From Callorhinchus milii (lineage: Eukaryota), in contig NW_024704742.1 of the NCBI RefSeq assembly GCF_018977255.1, positions 132,124,001-132,188,000 on the forward strand: a DNA stretch of 64,000 nucleotides, in the 5' to 3' direction. Each line of letters starts with the position of its first letter. Position 1 is the first letter of the stretch. The position numbers and the translations under genes were made by a program. Of this stretch, positions 1 through 11,900 are shown in pieces. The notes beneath the pieces were generated by a model. That model did no database searches, was not told the DNA's origin, and was given only the letters and a program-made list of their open reading frames with translations.

Positions 1-543
1 TTGTGCCAAAATGTTTAAAATTCCCTCAATTACTTTCTGAGATTTTCTATTAGTTTCACGAAATATAAAAAATGATAAGTTAAAAAAAAGTGACCAAATA
101 ATTTTGGTTGTTGTCAGACTTGTGTGTAACTGAGTATGAGTACGCTTTTCGATCTGGTTTCATTCAACTCCAAAGGATCCTAAGCTACAAAGCCATTACA
201 AACTCAATTCTCTGTTATAAATGGGTCCATCAAGTCAATTTCAGAAAACACTTTACTAAGAAAAGCCTGTTCTTTCTACCCTTTTTCCCCTTCCTTTTCC
301 TGTCATCACCTTCTCTCTTGTTCCTTTTCACCTTGAGTAGTGTTCCAGTTTGGCACAGTTTTCTCAATAAACAAAATAGCTTGCAAGCACTTGTCCATCA
401 CAAATGGGCATTGCAGTGCCACTCTTCAAAATAATATTCTTATGCTAATGCTCCCTCGATCAACCATCGGCCTCCGAGCTAAACAAAACCCTAATCGCTC
501 CGTGACAACTCCCAACACATTAACTTTAAGCACCACAATGTAT

Positions 544-903
544 CAATCCTGTAGCATAGTGGTTAGATGACTAGCCTCACAAGTGAGAGGATCTGGGTTT
601 GATTCCCGGCAGGGCAAAACATTGGGCGAGTTTCCTTACTCCACATGCCTCTATTTACCGAGCAGTAAATAGGAACCTGGTTGTTAGTCAATTAGTGGAT
701 TGCTTTTCCTGGGCTAATAATCCCTTCAAAAATAAATAATAATAATGATCTGGTCACTCAATTCACAACTGTTTCTGGGACATTGCTGAGCGCAATTGGC
801 TGCAGCATTTCGCCCACAAAATGTAGTCACTAACCTTTACAGTATGTTCTGTGAAACCCTTTGAGAAGACGAGACAAGGCGCAGTATCAAATGAAAAGAT
901 TAA
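544..903 (+). mobile_element. SINE family A (tRNA head + CORE-like block + Deu-like 3' half + L2-type tail), near full length
   Basis: A-box TAGCATAGTGG, B-box GGGTTTGATTCCC, TTGGGCGAGTTTCCTTACTCCAC block, shared 3' body and tail; matches many other copies in the window. Confidence 0.9.
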
Positions 904-994
904 CATATTCTGGCTTAGTTGGTACATTTTACTCCCCCAATCTCAGGGATAGAAGGCACACATTGGGACTGTATAATAATAAGTGAGTACAAAA

Positions 995-1230
995 TAAGTG
1001 AGTTTCTCCCAGTGTCCTGGCCAACAATGCCCCAAATAAAATTGGTCACTCACTTCATGGCTGTTTGTGGAATATTGCTGTGCACAAATTGGTACATATA
1101 CACACAAGCATAAAAAACTATAGTCACACCACATTACAATGGTTTCATACACTTTATGAACCACTTTGAGACATCCCTCCCAAAGTGAAACGCGCTATAC
1201 TAAATGTAAGGATTGCTAATCTTATTATTA
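995..1230 (+). mobile_element. SINE family B (Deu-domain), 3' half
   Basis: GAGTTTCTCCCAGTGTCCTGGCCAACAAT...GCTGTTTGTGG...L2-like tail. Confidence 0.85.
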
Positions 1231-1390
1231 TAGGTCAGGCTGACATGTTAGTGCAGTGCCACGAATGCTCTGTATTGCCATCCTTTGGACGTAAGATCAA
1301 ACTAAAGTCTTGTTCATCTGGGCAATAACCCTATTTGAAAAGAGAAGGGAATTCTTCTTTGTAACTAGACAAAAATCCACCTACTTAGTT

Positions 1391-1812
1391 ATAATAATAG
1401 CAGTCCTTGCATTTGATGCAGTACCTCTCAAAGAGATAACATCTCAAATCATTTCACAGATGCAGTCCGATATTTTGGTACGCAAGCATGGCAGCCAATT
1501 TGAACATAGCAATGTCCCACAAACAACCATATTGAGATTGATCTTTTTTATCTGGGGGATTTGTTGGTCCCAGGACATTATTATTCGAATAATGACATGG
1601 GATCTTGATCATCCACCTCGACAGGCAGATGGGATCTCGGTTTAACATATTTTCTGAAGGACGGCACCTCCGTCAATGCAGTGCTCCCCCGGCACTACAT
1701 TGGAACGTCAGCCTAGAATGTGAGTTCAAAGATCCGACGTGCGAATTGGAGCTTGAACCCACAACCTTCTGTCTCAGAGGTGAGAGGGCTACCAACTGAG
1801 TCAGGCTGACAC
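1391..1812 (-). mobile_element. SINE family B (Deu-domain), full length
   Basis: Reverse complement starts GTGTCAGCCTGACTCAGTTGGTAG, has B-box GGGTTCAAGC, Deu body and tail. Confidence 0.9.
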
Positions 1813-2419
1813 ACAAATTTAGGAGGTTTCGAGTCCAAGAGAAGTCTCAGGACTCTGCGTGATGTACAGCAAGATTCCCTGAGGACAATTCTCTTTACAT
1901 GACGGGTGTTTTTTGAACCATCAGCCACACAGCAGCTAAATGCCACTGGAGCGCTATTTAGACACAATTATAAGTAATCTTGCACACCACAGGGCAAAAG
2001 CCGTATGAAGTTGTGTGGATGAGCTGTAATCATTGAATACTTTTTGGCATGCGTTCAACTACTTCTGGGCATGTAACTGTTCCATGTAATTCCCTTCTTG
2101 CCCAGCTCTAAAGTAATTTACGGTGTTTCATTCCCATTTGCACCTGGTCTTAATCGCACCTTCTCAGTTGTAGAATTTTGTCCAAGTTCCTCTTTAACAC
2201 AGTAAATTGATCCTTTGTTTTTCTCATGTGAGGTATCTCATTTCAAGGCTAAAGATCTAATCTAATTGTCCATCTAATTTTCCCTCACAGCTCATTTCTT
2301 TCAGACTGGGGATCATCCTCATTGCTCTCCAATGCACTGCCTTCAAGGATCCTGTATGAATTGCAAGATAGCAAATCAATTGCCAAACATTACCAAGCAA
2401 AGAGTTGAAAGAACAAAGA

Positions 2420-2830
2420 AGGTCGAGGGGGTGACCCGATCAAGGTCTAACATTATGAGGGGTTTTAGTTTTAGAGTCAATAGGGAGAAATTATTTCCAC
2501 AGGTGCTGTGGTGAGTCAATGACTGGAGGGTATCAATTATAGGAAGTTTGCAAATGGCAAAATGGGAAGTTTAGAATTGTTTTTCACGCATAAAGTAATT
2601 AGGATATGAAATGCTCGACCGGGAGTGGTGGTTGAGGCAGAATCCATATTAGCTTTCGAAAGGAAACTAGATAAATAATAATAATACCTAAGAAGAAGTA
2701 AACATCAAGGGTATAGGGAAGGACAAGTAAATGGAATTGAAAAGGATTGCTTTTTAAAAGAGGCAGCACAGATATGAGAGACCAAAATGCCATTTTCTGT
2801 GCTATACATTTCAATGCGTCTATTGTTCTA
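2420..2830 (+). mobile_element. CR1 LINE 3' fragment, degenerate
   Basis: RT C-terminal remnant (FRVNREKLFP) followed by a CR1-type 3' tail. Confidence 0.75.
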
Positions 2831-3139
2831 AGGGGATTCTTTTTTTAAAAAAAAGTACTTAAAATTTCCTTCCATTCCTCTGAGCTTTCCCTGAATACAG
2901 TTACAGGGGTTTAGGTATATCATGTCCCTTTTTGGCTCTGGACAGATTCTGCGATGTCTCGCCCCGCAAATGTCCTGTTTTAGTGGTGACTTCCTTTGCC
3001 TGACTGCCCGCTTGCTATCAATCATTCTGTCTGATAATACATGCAGATGCAAATCATCATAGACTGTTCCTACCTGTTTAGGGAAGTCTGTAACCAGGAA
3101 ACACAAGTACAGTGATTGGGGGTGGGGCGGGTGTAAAAG

Positions 3140-3445
3140 AGAATTTAGGAGCGACTACTTCAAGCAGAGTTAGTGAGAATGTGAAACTCGCTGTCTGAAG
3201 CGGTGATTGAAACAAACAATGTAGATGCGATTAAGAGGATGCTAGCTATCCACATGAGAGGAGAGGGCAATAGAAGGATATGAGAGGCTACTGGATTAGT
3301 TGGGCCAAATGGCTTGTTTCCAAGCTGTACATGCTATGCAAATCTATGTCCAAATCCCTGACTGTCCAGCGCCTTGGGACATCCCCCCATCATGAAATGC
3401 GCTTCACAAGTGTAATTTGTTGTTGTTATTTGTTGTTGTTATGTT
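3140..3445 (+). mobile_element. CR1 3' fragment followed by an L2 tail
   Basis: CR1-like coding remnant; then CAGCGCCTTGGGACATCC...(TTG)n. Confidence 0.65.
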
Positions 3446-3950
3446 GGTTCTGGTCTCTGCTCCAGTTTATAGTAAGCAGAATAATATTACCTGGGTTGTT
3501 TGACTTTACGGGCTGTACTGCATCCAAAATGCATACATTTGCCAGGTGGGTTGGGGGCCATTACTGCCCATATCATGAGATAAATAGTGCATTCTATGCC
3601 TCCTATATGTGCCACATGAGTCATATCCTTCATCTTCTGTTGAGTCAAGAATACAATATTATTCCATTGGGAAGTTATAAAGCAGCAGATAAAATTATCA
3701 ACAGAGTAATAGCAAAACTCTTCACAGCGGTCCCAACACCTCAATGTAATCACATATCGCAATCCCTCCCTGTGGCATAATGTATTTAGGAAGTGATAAT
3801 TTTTCTACTTAATGGACTATAATTAATTTAAAAGAAACAGTAAATAAAGAAAAAAGCGCTGGCGGTAGATGGGTAAATATCAAAATAAAAGGTGTTGGGT
3901 CTGTAACCAGTGGCTTATGGTTTAATTTAATTAAAAGGACAAAATACCTA

Positions 3951-4273
3951 AGGAGTCCTGTAGCTCGGTGGTTAGAGCAATCGCCTCGCAAAAGAGAGAG
4001 ACATAGGTCCAATTTCTGGCAGGGCAAAACATTGGGTAAGTTTCCTTTCTCCACACTCCTGATAATAATCCCTCAAGAAAAAAATAATATTAATAATTGG
4101 GTCACTCAATCCATAACTGCTTGTGGGACACTGCTGTGCGCAATTGGCTGCTGTGTTTCGCTCACAAGATATAGTCAATTCACTTTACAGTATATTCTGT
4201 GAAGCGCTTTGAGACATCTAGAAAATGTGAAAAGCACTAAATCAAATGCAAGGATTATTATTATTATTTATTA
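3951..4273 (+). mobile_element. SINE family A, internally shortened subfamily
   Basis: tRNA head; CTCCACACTCCTGATAATAATCCCTCAAG junction lacks the internal block; (TTA)n tail. Confidence 0.9.
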
Positions 4274-4708
4274 TAAAATGTTCTTTTTAGTGTCGGGTAA
4301 TGCACATTTTGAAAATTAGGATTGTGTTGCTGTTTGTCCAGTACAAAGTACAACACAATATTAATCCACTGTTGTGTTTGCCTACAAAACTATGAATCCT
4401 ATGAAGGGCTTTGAGGTGCCCTCCTGACGTGAAAAGCGCTATATCAAGTGCAAAGATTATTATTTTTATTATTATTAATCGTAATTTTACAGTAAACTCC
4501 TGATAATTCGATCCTGGCTTAACTTATCACAATCACTTTAGTGCTGTCAACATCCCGGGTGATTTCCATGCAAAAGATTAATAAGGGACTCTGCTTTACT
4601 TGTCACTCCGCCCATAACACAGAATGAGGCGCATTCAAGAAATTCCTGTAAGGAATTAGAATGTAAAATTGATCAGGTAGCTTGTCCTATAAGATAGCGT
4701 CTTGCATT

Positions 4709-4959
4709 GCAGAAGCCTCCCGCTCTGTCCTGTGACTGGAGCAGACGCTAAGTGGAGGTTGGGCAAGCATTCATGTTCAGATGCCTCACAGAGGCTTCTG
4801 ATCTATTGGACGACATTGTGACCTCCTGGAGCAGGACGCCATGGCGTGGCCTTCCCGATAGATCAGAGGCCTATGTAATGCATCTGAGCATGTTCACCCA
4901 ACTTCCACCGATGCCTGCATCAGTCACAGTGCCCCCTTATGGCCCGGGAGGACCTATGC
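4709..4959. repeat. Long imperfect palindrome/foldback, ~100-nt core arms with 3-nt loop
   Basis: 4730-4828 is the reverse complement of 4832-4929 with mostly transition differences; outer CCTCCCG/CGGGAGG pairing. Confidence 0.9.
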
Positions 4960-5349
4960 TGTACTCACTTCTCCAGATAACTCGTCACTCTGCCCCTTTT
5001 CCCTTGGAGTAAAGAGTTATCATCTGGAGTTCACTGCATTATTATTGTCTCCAAGTAAAACAGATTTTATATCTTTAACAACCACCGGAACAGGCAGCTG
5101 GGACCTCAGTTTAATTTCACATCCTAAGGACTACATATCTGACAAAGCAGTGCCCCCTCCAGCACTGCACTGGAGTAACAGCCTTGAAAGTGATTACAAA
5201 GTCCTGACATGGGGCTTGAACTCACAACCGACTGACTCAGAGGCAAGAGTGCTACTAAATGCTGACAACAACAAGAATTATACTTAGAACGATCTTTTGG
5301 GAAGTGATATTGATCATTGTTTGTTTCTCTCTCTCTCTCCTGCTTTCAG

Positions 5350-5387
5350 GACTTTTGCTGTGCCTCAGTTCGTACAGGGGGTGTTTG
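5350..5387 (+). other. Possible small exon (unverified)
   Basis: Long polypyrimidine tract + TTTCAG acceptor ending at 5349; donor TTG|GTGAGA at 5388 (weaker alternative GAG|GTTCGT at 5410); peptide not recognised. Confidence 0.3.
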
Positions 5388-5744
5388 GTGAGAAATTGTC
5401 AGTGCTGAGGTTCGTATGAGATCAATGTTGCAGCTATTCAGTTCATGTGTGGGTGGAGAAATCCAACTCTAACATACTAGGGCACCAGTCATTATCTTGC
5501 TAAATTTAGTGCATGTGTTAATTAATGCCATGAATGTTAATTAACATATCACAGCATCGCAAACACCCCCCTATGTGTCATCCACCTACCGTGGGTTTTA
5601 GCTCACGACTTTAACTCTGCTGTGACTATCTAGGGAGATACTAGCCAGAAAATGCCCATCTCATGGAGAAGGGGAGAGGCAATTCCACCTTAGATCCTAT
5701 TATTCTTGTTGCTTATTAAATTGGGAACAAGTAGGTAAGAAATA

Positions 5745-6041
5745 TTGGATGAGATGTGAAACCAAAATCTCATCTGCCTGTTCAGGTGGAAGTTAAAGAT
5801 CCCATGCCACTATTTGAAAAGAGAAGGAAATTTCTCCTGATATCCTGGCCAACCATCCCCCAAGTAAAATTGATCACTCACTCCATGGCTGTTTGTGGGA
5901 CATTGCTGTGTGTAACTGGCTGCTGTGTTTTTGCCCACAATATACCCAGTCAATCCACTTTAAGTATATCCTGTGAAGCGCTTCGGTATGTCTCAATTAC
6001 GTAATCAGGCACCATATCATATGCAAGGATTATTATTATTA
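5745..6041 (+). mobile_element. SINE family B, 5'-truncated
   Basis: CTGCCTGTTCAGGTGGAAGTTAAAGATCCCATG Deu core and tail. Confidence 0.88.
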
Positions 6042-6591
6042 ATAAATGATTATTTTAACTTGGGGCAGCAGGAAAAATTCCCATCCTCTTTCCAAATGGT
6101 GTCGTGGGAATCTTTAACATTCACCTGAACAGGCAGAACGGAACCAAAATTAGCATCTCAACCGAGGCAGAGTGTGGGGGGAAAATCAAATGTTAAAGCA
6201 TAATTTAAAATCCATCTTCTCTCTAGGCAAACCTTAAGATAAGAACCTTTGCATGGAGTACAATGAACAGATGGAGAGACTGGAAGCAAGATACTCATTC
6301 ACTCATTCCGACAGCTGAGAGAAATGGACAAAAGGAAGAACTATCATATTAATGTTTAAAAGCTCTGTTGTACACTGCCTTTATAACTTAGGCATTCAAT
6401 TCGACGGAAGCTTTTTCTCTCTGGCTAAGCTGGGAGAATGTGATCTTGTGCCACTCGGCACACAATTCCCAACATTTGCGCAAATTAACTCAGCGACTAA
6501 GCGCGGTTTGTTGCATTTTAAAAGGTGCCAAATAAGCATTCCCTCAGCCCCTTCTCCATATTTAATATCAGTCACTGATTATGATACATAG

Positions 6592-6885
6592 TAATAATAA
6601 CAATCCTTGCATTTGATATAGCGACTTATCACGTCTTCGAGACATTTCAAAGCACTTCACAGAATATACTGTAAAGTGGATTGATTGCATATTTTGTGGG
6701 TGAAACACGGCAGCCAATTATGCACAGCAGTATCCCACAAACAGTCGTGGATTGAGTGACCCAATCTTTTTTGAAGGAATTATAACTCCCGAAAAACAAT
6801 CCCCGAATCAACTAACAACCGGGTTCCTACTTACTGCTAGGTAAACAGAGATGTGGAGTAAGGAAACTTGTCCAACATTTCACCA
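6592..6885 (-). mobile_element. SINE family A, head truncated
   Basis: Reverse tail AATCCTTGCATTTGATATAGCG and body. Confidence 0.88.
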
Positions 6886-7430
6886 ATTCCCCTGCATAGC
6901 ATTGTCCTGTTGTGCGTTGCATGTATGTGCAAGGAGGAGGGGAAGAGCAGGTGTGCATGAATACAGCTCGTGTAGAGCTTGCATAGAGTCCGTTATCTCT
7001 CATCCAGCCAGTTATTTTTGTATTCTGAGCTCAATTGCTCAGTCCGGGTGCCCCACTACATACTGATGAAGATTTAAATGCGACACTGAATGGAGAAAAA
7101 TGGCAACATTTAAGCAAATTTGCAAACCAAAGGAGCAATATTGCTCGACTGCTAAAAGTGTGTGTTGGGCTGCGATCGGACTGCGATCTGTCCTCTGACA
7201 TTTCTCCTCGCCGTCTCACTCAAATCTGTGGCGACAGAAATTCTGCCTACTGTCCCATACTATCTGCTGGAAACGTTTCACATTACAGTTTTAACATGTC
7301 AAACTGAGACGCTATAGAATCACCAAACAGTGTCCTGATAAGATACAGCTTGGAAATTACTCTCCTCCGCTCTCTCCTCTCCCCTCTCCTCCCTGCATGA
7401 AAATCCACACTGAAGTAAGTTTTCAAATAA

Positions 7431-7856
7431 GTAATAATAATCCTTGTGTTTGACGATACGTCACTGAAACATCTCAGAGGATTCACTGTAAAGAGCAGTG
7501 ACTGTGTATTTTTTGTGTGAATGGGGCAGTCCAACTTGAGCACAGCAATCTTCCACAAACAGCTGTGAAGTGAATGATCAATTTTATCTGAGGAATTATT
7601 GTCTAGTACAGTGGGAGAAAACCCCATTCTCTTTTGGAATCGTACTGTGGATCTGAAACGTTGACCTGAACATACAGACAGGACCTTGGTTTAATGTTTC
7701 ACCTGAAGGACCTCTGACAATGCCGCGCTCCCCCAGCTTTGCTGCCAAGGTGTCAGCCACGGCTGGACTGTGAACTCAAAGTCCCAACGTGGGGTTGGAA
7801 TCCACACCTGTCTGCCTTTGAGGCAAGAGTGCTACTGGCTGAGCCAGGTTGGCACC
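7431..7856 (-). mobile_element. SINE family B, full length
   Basis: Head, Deu body and tail on minus strand. Confidence 0.85.
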
Positions 7857-7861
7857 TATCT

Positions 7862-8120
7862 GAGTCCTGTAGCTCAGTGGTTAGACCACTTGCCTCAGAA
7901 GCAAGAGTCCTGAGTTTGATTCCAGGCAGGGCAAAACCTTGGGCAAGTTTCCTTACTCCACACACCTGATAATAATCCCTCAAGAAAAAAAAACAATAAT
8001 AAATTGGTCACGACTGTTTGTGGGACACTGCTGTGCGCAATTGTCTGCCGCGTTTTGCCCACAAATATACAGTCAATTCACTTTACAGTATATTCTGTGA
8101 AGTCCTTTGACACGTCTATT
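7862..8120 (+). mobile_element. SINE family A, shortened subfamily
   Basis: GAGTCCTGTAGCTCAGTGGTTAG head; CCTGATAATAATCCCTCAAG junction. Confidence 0.88.
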
Positions 8121-8731
8121 ATTATTGTATCATATTATTTATATTCACAGTTTTTGCAACCTGACTGATAAACAAATAGTTTTATACCATTTTCTATCAA
8201 CCTATCATAAGTAAGTAATAAGATATTACATTTCATTATAAACCTCACCAATGTTCCACACAGTAAACTTTCTGGAGTGCGGGATCAATTTTGCGGTATT
8301 TCTTGATGGATTTCTTCATTAAGAAACAGTCAGTGGTAGCAAGGCAAAATGATTTTAAATGAGAGTAAGGTAGTAACAATTGCAGGCAGGAAGAGATTAT
8401 CGATTCACAAGCCTAGCTATCTAATCTCCCATCAAATTTGTTTCATGTATCTATCTCCACATCTAATGCAAATACACAGTTACTATACTTTACAGTAAAA
8501 TCCTCTGAAGTGCTTTAAAATATTTAACAACATGATAAGTCGTTATATCACCTTCTGTCATCTTTATTGAACCATCTCAACTTACTGTTCATGGGTTCAA
8601 ATTTGGTTTAACATAGGACACGAGACTATTGAAGGATCCTTTTGTTGTAGTTTCTTCTGCACCTCCTTCCATGGCCTCCAGTGGAGCAGCGAGAACTGAT
8701 AATCATTCATATAGTTCCAAATTCAGCATTA

Positions 8732-9200
8732 CTGTCAGCCTGGCTCAGCTGGTAGCACTCTTGCATCTGAGTCAGAAAGTTTTGGGTTCAAGCCCCATGT
8801 CGGGACTTGGAATTCATATAGCCTAGGCTGACACTTCAATGCAGTGCTGGAGTCTGCTGCATTTTTGGAGGTGCAATCTTTCAGATGAGATGGTTAAACT
8901 GAGGTTAGTGGTGTAAACACAGACACAGCCAATGATGATATTTGCCTGTCCAGATGGACGTTAAAGATGCCACAGGACTATTTAAAAAGAGAAGGAAAGT
9001 TCTCTCAGTGTCTGAGCCAACAATCCCCCAAATAATATTGGACACTTCATTTCATAGCTGTCAGTGGGACATTGCTGTGTGCAAATTGGCTGCCGCATTC
9101 ACCTAAAAATATACAGTCACAGCACTTTATAGTATTATCCTGTGAAGCGCTTTGAGATGTCCTCCCAATGTGAAAAGTACTATAAATACATGATGATTAT
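8732..9200 (+). mobile_element. SINE family B, full length
   Basis: TGTCAGCCTGGCTCAGCTGGTAG head, Deu body, tail. Confidence 0.9.
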
Positions 9201-9452
9201 TTTATTAATATTTATTATATTCATTTATCAAGAGGTACCAGGCACAATACTCTGCTGTGCAATTCCTGACTATGAATTGCAGTGTAAGGTTTTTTTTTGT
9301 AAAGATGTTTTGGATGTAAGGGAATGTGTTTAACAGAATCCAAATTAGATAATGTGAGAAACATTTCCAGATAAAATCATTCCATTATTGTGAATATGAG
9401 GGAACAAAATACATCTGAGTGAAAAATATTTCTCAATCTTCAATTATACAGT
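9190..9452 (+). repeat. Local direct duplication, copy 1 (partner 11901-12162)
   Basis: Colinear ~262-bp match read base by base; not seen elsewhere in the window. Confidence 0.95.
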
Positions 9453-10882
9453 GCTCATATATCATATATATTTTGCCCACAAAATATAAAGTCAATTCAC
9501 TTTACAGTATATTCTGTGAAATGCATTGAGACGTCTCGAAGATGTGATAAGGCGCTATATCAAATTCAAGGATTATTATTATCATGATTATTGTCTCTGT
9601 TTGTACCACTCCCACCCCTAGGTTAGAAGGTTGAATTCAATCCCACCCTGGGTGCAAACCCTGGACTGTCCAGCACCTTAGGATGTCCTCCCGACATGAA
9701 AGGTGCTAAATAAATATAAATTTGTTGTTGAAATAGTGCTGCATTTTCAGAGAAGGTGTCCTTTACACTGAGCTCTGTCTGCCTGTTTAGGTGGATGTTA
9801 AAGTTCCCATCAAGAAGAGAAGGGAGCTTCTCCCAGTGTTCGATCTGAACTCTCAGACCTCTCAACGTAGGTGTCAGGCTGGCTCAGTTGGCAGCACTCG
9901 TGACTCAACAACAAGAAGAATAACTTTCACACGGAGGAGTGTCTTAGAGCACTGGGCCTCGAAGCCAGATGGTTGCAGGTTCAAGACCCATGTCATGACT
10001 TTGACCTCATAGATCAAAGACCAGTGCATGTCCTACCCCAAGCCCCTCATTTTCAGAAACACTGGGGGTAACATTTTTCGGATTTCAGAACACATTCCTA
10101 TGATCATTTCTGTAAATTCAAGTCCTTTTTAATGGAAGAAAAATGTTCAGCCTTTTTGTAACTGAAACCCTGTCTTGAAAAATGGCCATAAGACAACATT
10201 TATAAAGTAAAATAACAATTATAAAGTAAAAGGCGATAAGGCTTTGTTAATTGGTTGTCAGAGGAGCTTTAAGTAAATTTGTGCCAGAATCCTGAAGAAG
10301 ATATGAGAAGCAGGAATCAGCATAGATGTGGGCCAGATATCAAGACTGAGTTAAAGGAGAACAGTCTGTGAGGAATGAGTTCTACAGTCTTGGGGGGGTG
10401 ATGTACCCATTAAATTCTTGATGATTTGCAGAGAGGAAGCAATGGAGTGTGATAGGAAGGGCAGTTCAGAAGCTTTAGATGTTGTTTCACTGGCACGTAT
10501 CCTGGTTACGCCAGGAAAAATACAGCATGCAATGCACATTTTGTATTGTCATCAAGTAGCTAATCACTTCATCTGAACTTACTGCATTTGTACAGAAGAT
10601 AAAGTGCTTGTACAAGACACTTTACCTGGACAAAACTCTTCTTTAATGAAGAAGATAAAATTCAGTGCAGTCTGTAAATGACTGTTCTTCTTGCGATCTG
10701 CTCAGATATCCGTGGTCCACATGTTAATCCCCACTTCTCCTTACTTTAAACCAGCTGCGATTCAATGTAGGGATCAGCAGATGTGATTTGATTTGTCCCT
10801 TGGGGGAGAAGGGGGTGAGGTGGGGAGAGGGGAAGGATGTCATGTTATCTGATGGATTCACTTGTGTTTTTATTTTGTTTCA

Positions 10883-11020
10883 GGTGAAGAAGGCCCTTCG
10901 GCTCATTTCCCAAGATCACAGGATTGGTTTGGATGAAGAAAGACTTTTGGCCCTTTGATCTCTTCACCTCTATGAGGTCTCCTCTGAGTTCTCTTCTCTC
11001 AAAGCTGAAGAGGCTGATTT
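10883..11020 (-). mobile_element. CR1 3' remnant with doubled tail
   Basis: FSFERRELRGDLIEV remnant; GAGCCGAAGGGCCTTCTTCA tail motif. Confidence 0.7.
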
Positions 11021-11115
11021 TAACATTCAAAAATACTTCCTCCTCTCTGCACTTTCATTACAGAATCAAACTGTTTATGAACTGAGTCCCAGCGTCCTGG
11101 CCTCAACCATTCCTC

Positions 11116-11739
11116 CTTTATCACCTCAAGGCTGGACCATGGGAACTCTCTCCTCGCCGACCTTCCCGGCACCTCCCTCCACACTGCAGGTCATTCAGAA
11201 CTCTGCAGCTCGTGTACTGTCCCGCACCAGGCTTCACCGCCACATCACTCCCACCCTCGCTCGCCTCCGCTGGCTCCCCATCCCCCAGAGGATCGAATTC
11301 AAGATCCTCACCCTCACCTACAAGGCCATTCACGGCCTTGCTCCCTCCTACCTCTCTGACCTACTATCCCCCTACCTACCTTCCCGTACCCTCCGTTCCT
11401 CTGGCTCCGGTCTGCTCCACATCCCCCGCCCCAACCGCCCTACCATCGGTGGCCGGGCCTTCAGCCTCTCAGCCCCGAGGCTCTGGAACTCTATCCCCCA
11501 GTGCCTTCGCCGCCTCCTCCCTTTCCTCCTTCAAGGCTGGTCTCAAGACCTTTCTCTTTAACCGTGCCTTCACCTCCCCTCTTGACTCTCTACCCCATCC
11601 TCGCTCCCTCCCTTCCCTCCCCTCACCCTGACCATTTCCCCCCTGCTCAGGTCCTGACCCAACTGTACAGCGCCTTGGGACGTCCTCCCGACGTGAAAGG
11701 TGCTGAATAAATGGAATCTTGTTGTTGTTGTTGTTGTTG
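11116..11739 (+). mobile_element. L2 LINE 3' fragment, young
   Basis: LQVIQNSAARVL...HITPTLARLRWLPIPQRIEFKIL...GGRAFSLSAPRLWNS; 3' UTR and (TTG)n tail. Confidence 0.95.
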
Positions 11740-11900
11740 ATAACCTGTTTCACTAGAATCCTCTGTGCAGATTTTTTTTTAATGAGAATCAAGATGATGA
11801 GCCATAGAGCGCAGAGTAAAACACCACAAAAGTTGAAAATAATAGGAAAGAAGATAAAATAACAATCTTTGCATTTTATATTGTGCATTTCATGTTGGGA

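Noticed and set aside
6220..6360. Possible terminal exon after TTCTCTCTAG
   Set aside because: Short unrecognised peptide and no other support
10860..10960. Apparent splice acceptor TTTTGTTTTCAG|GTGAAG
   Set aside because: It is the reverse complement of a CR1 tail and its A-rich end
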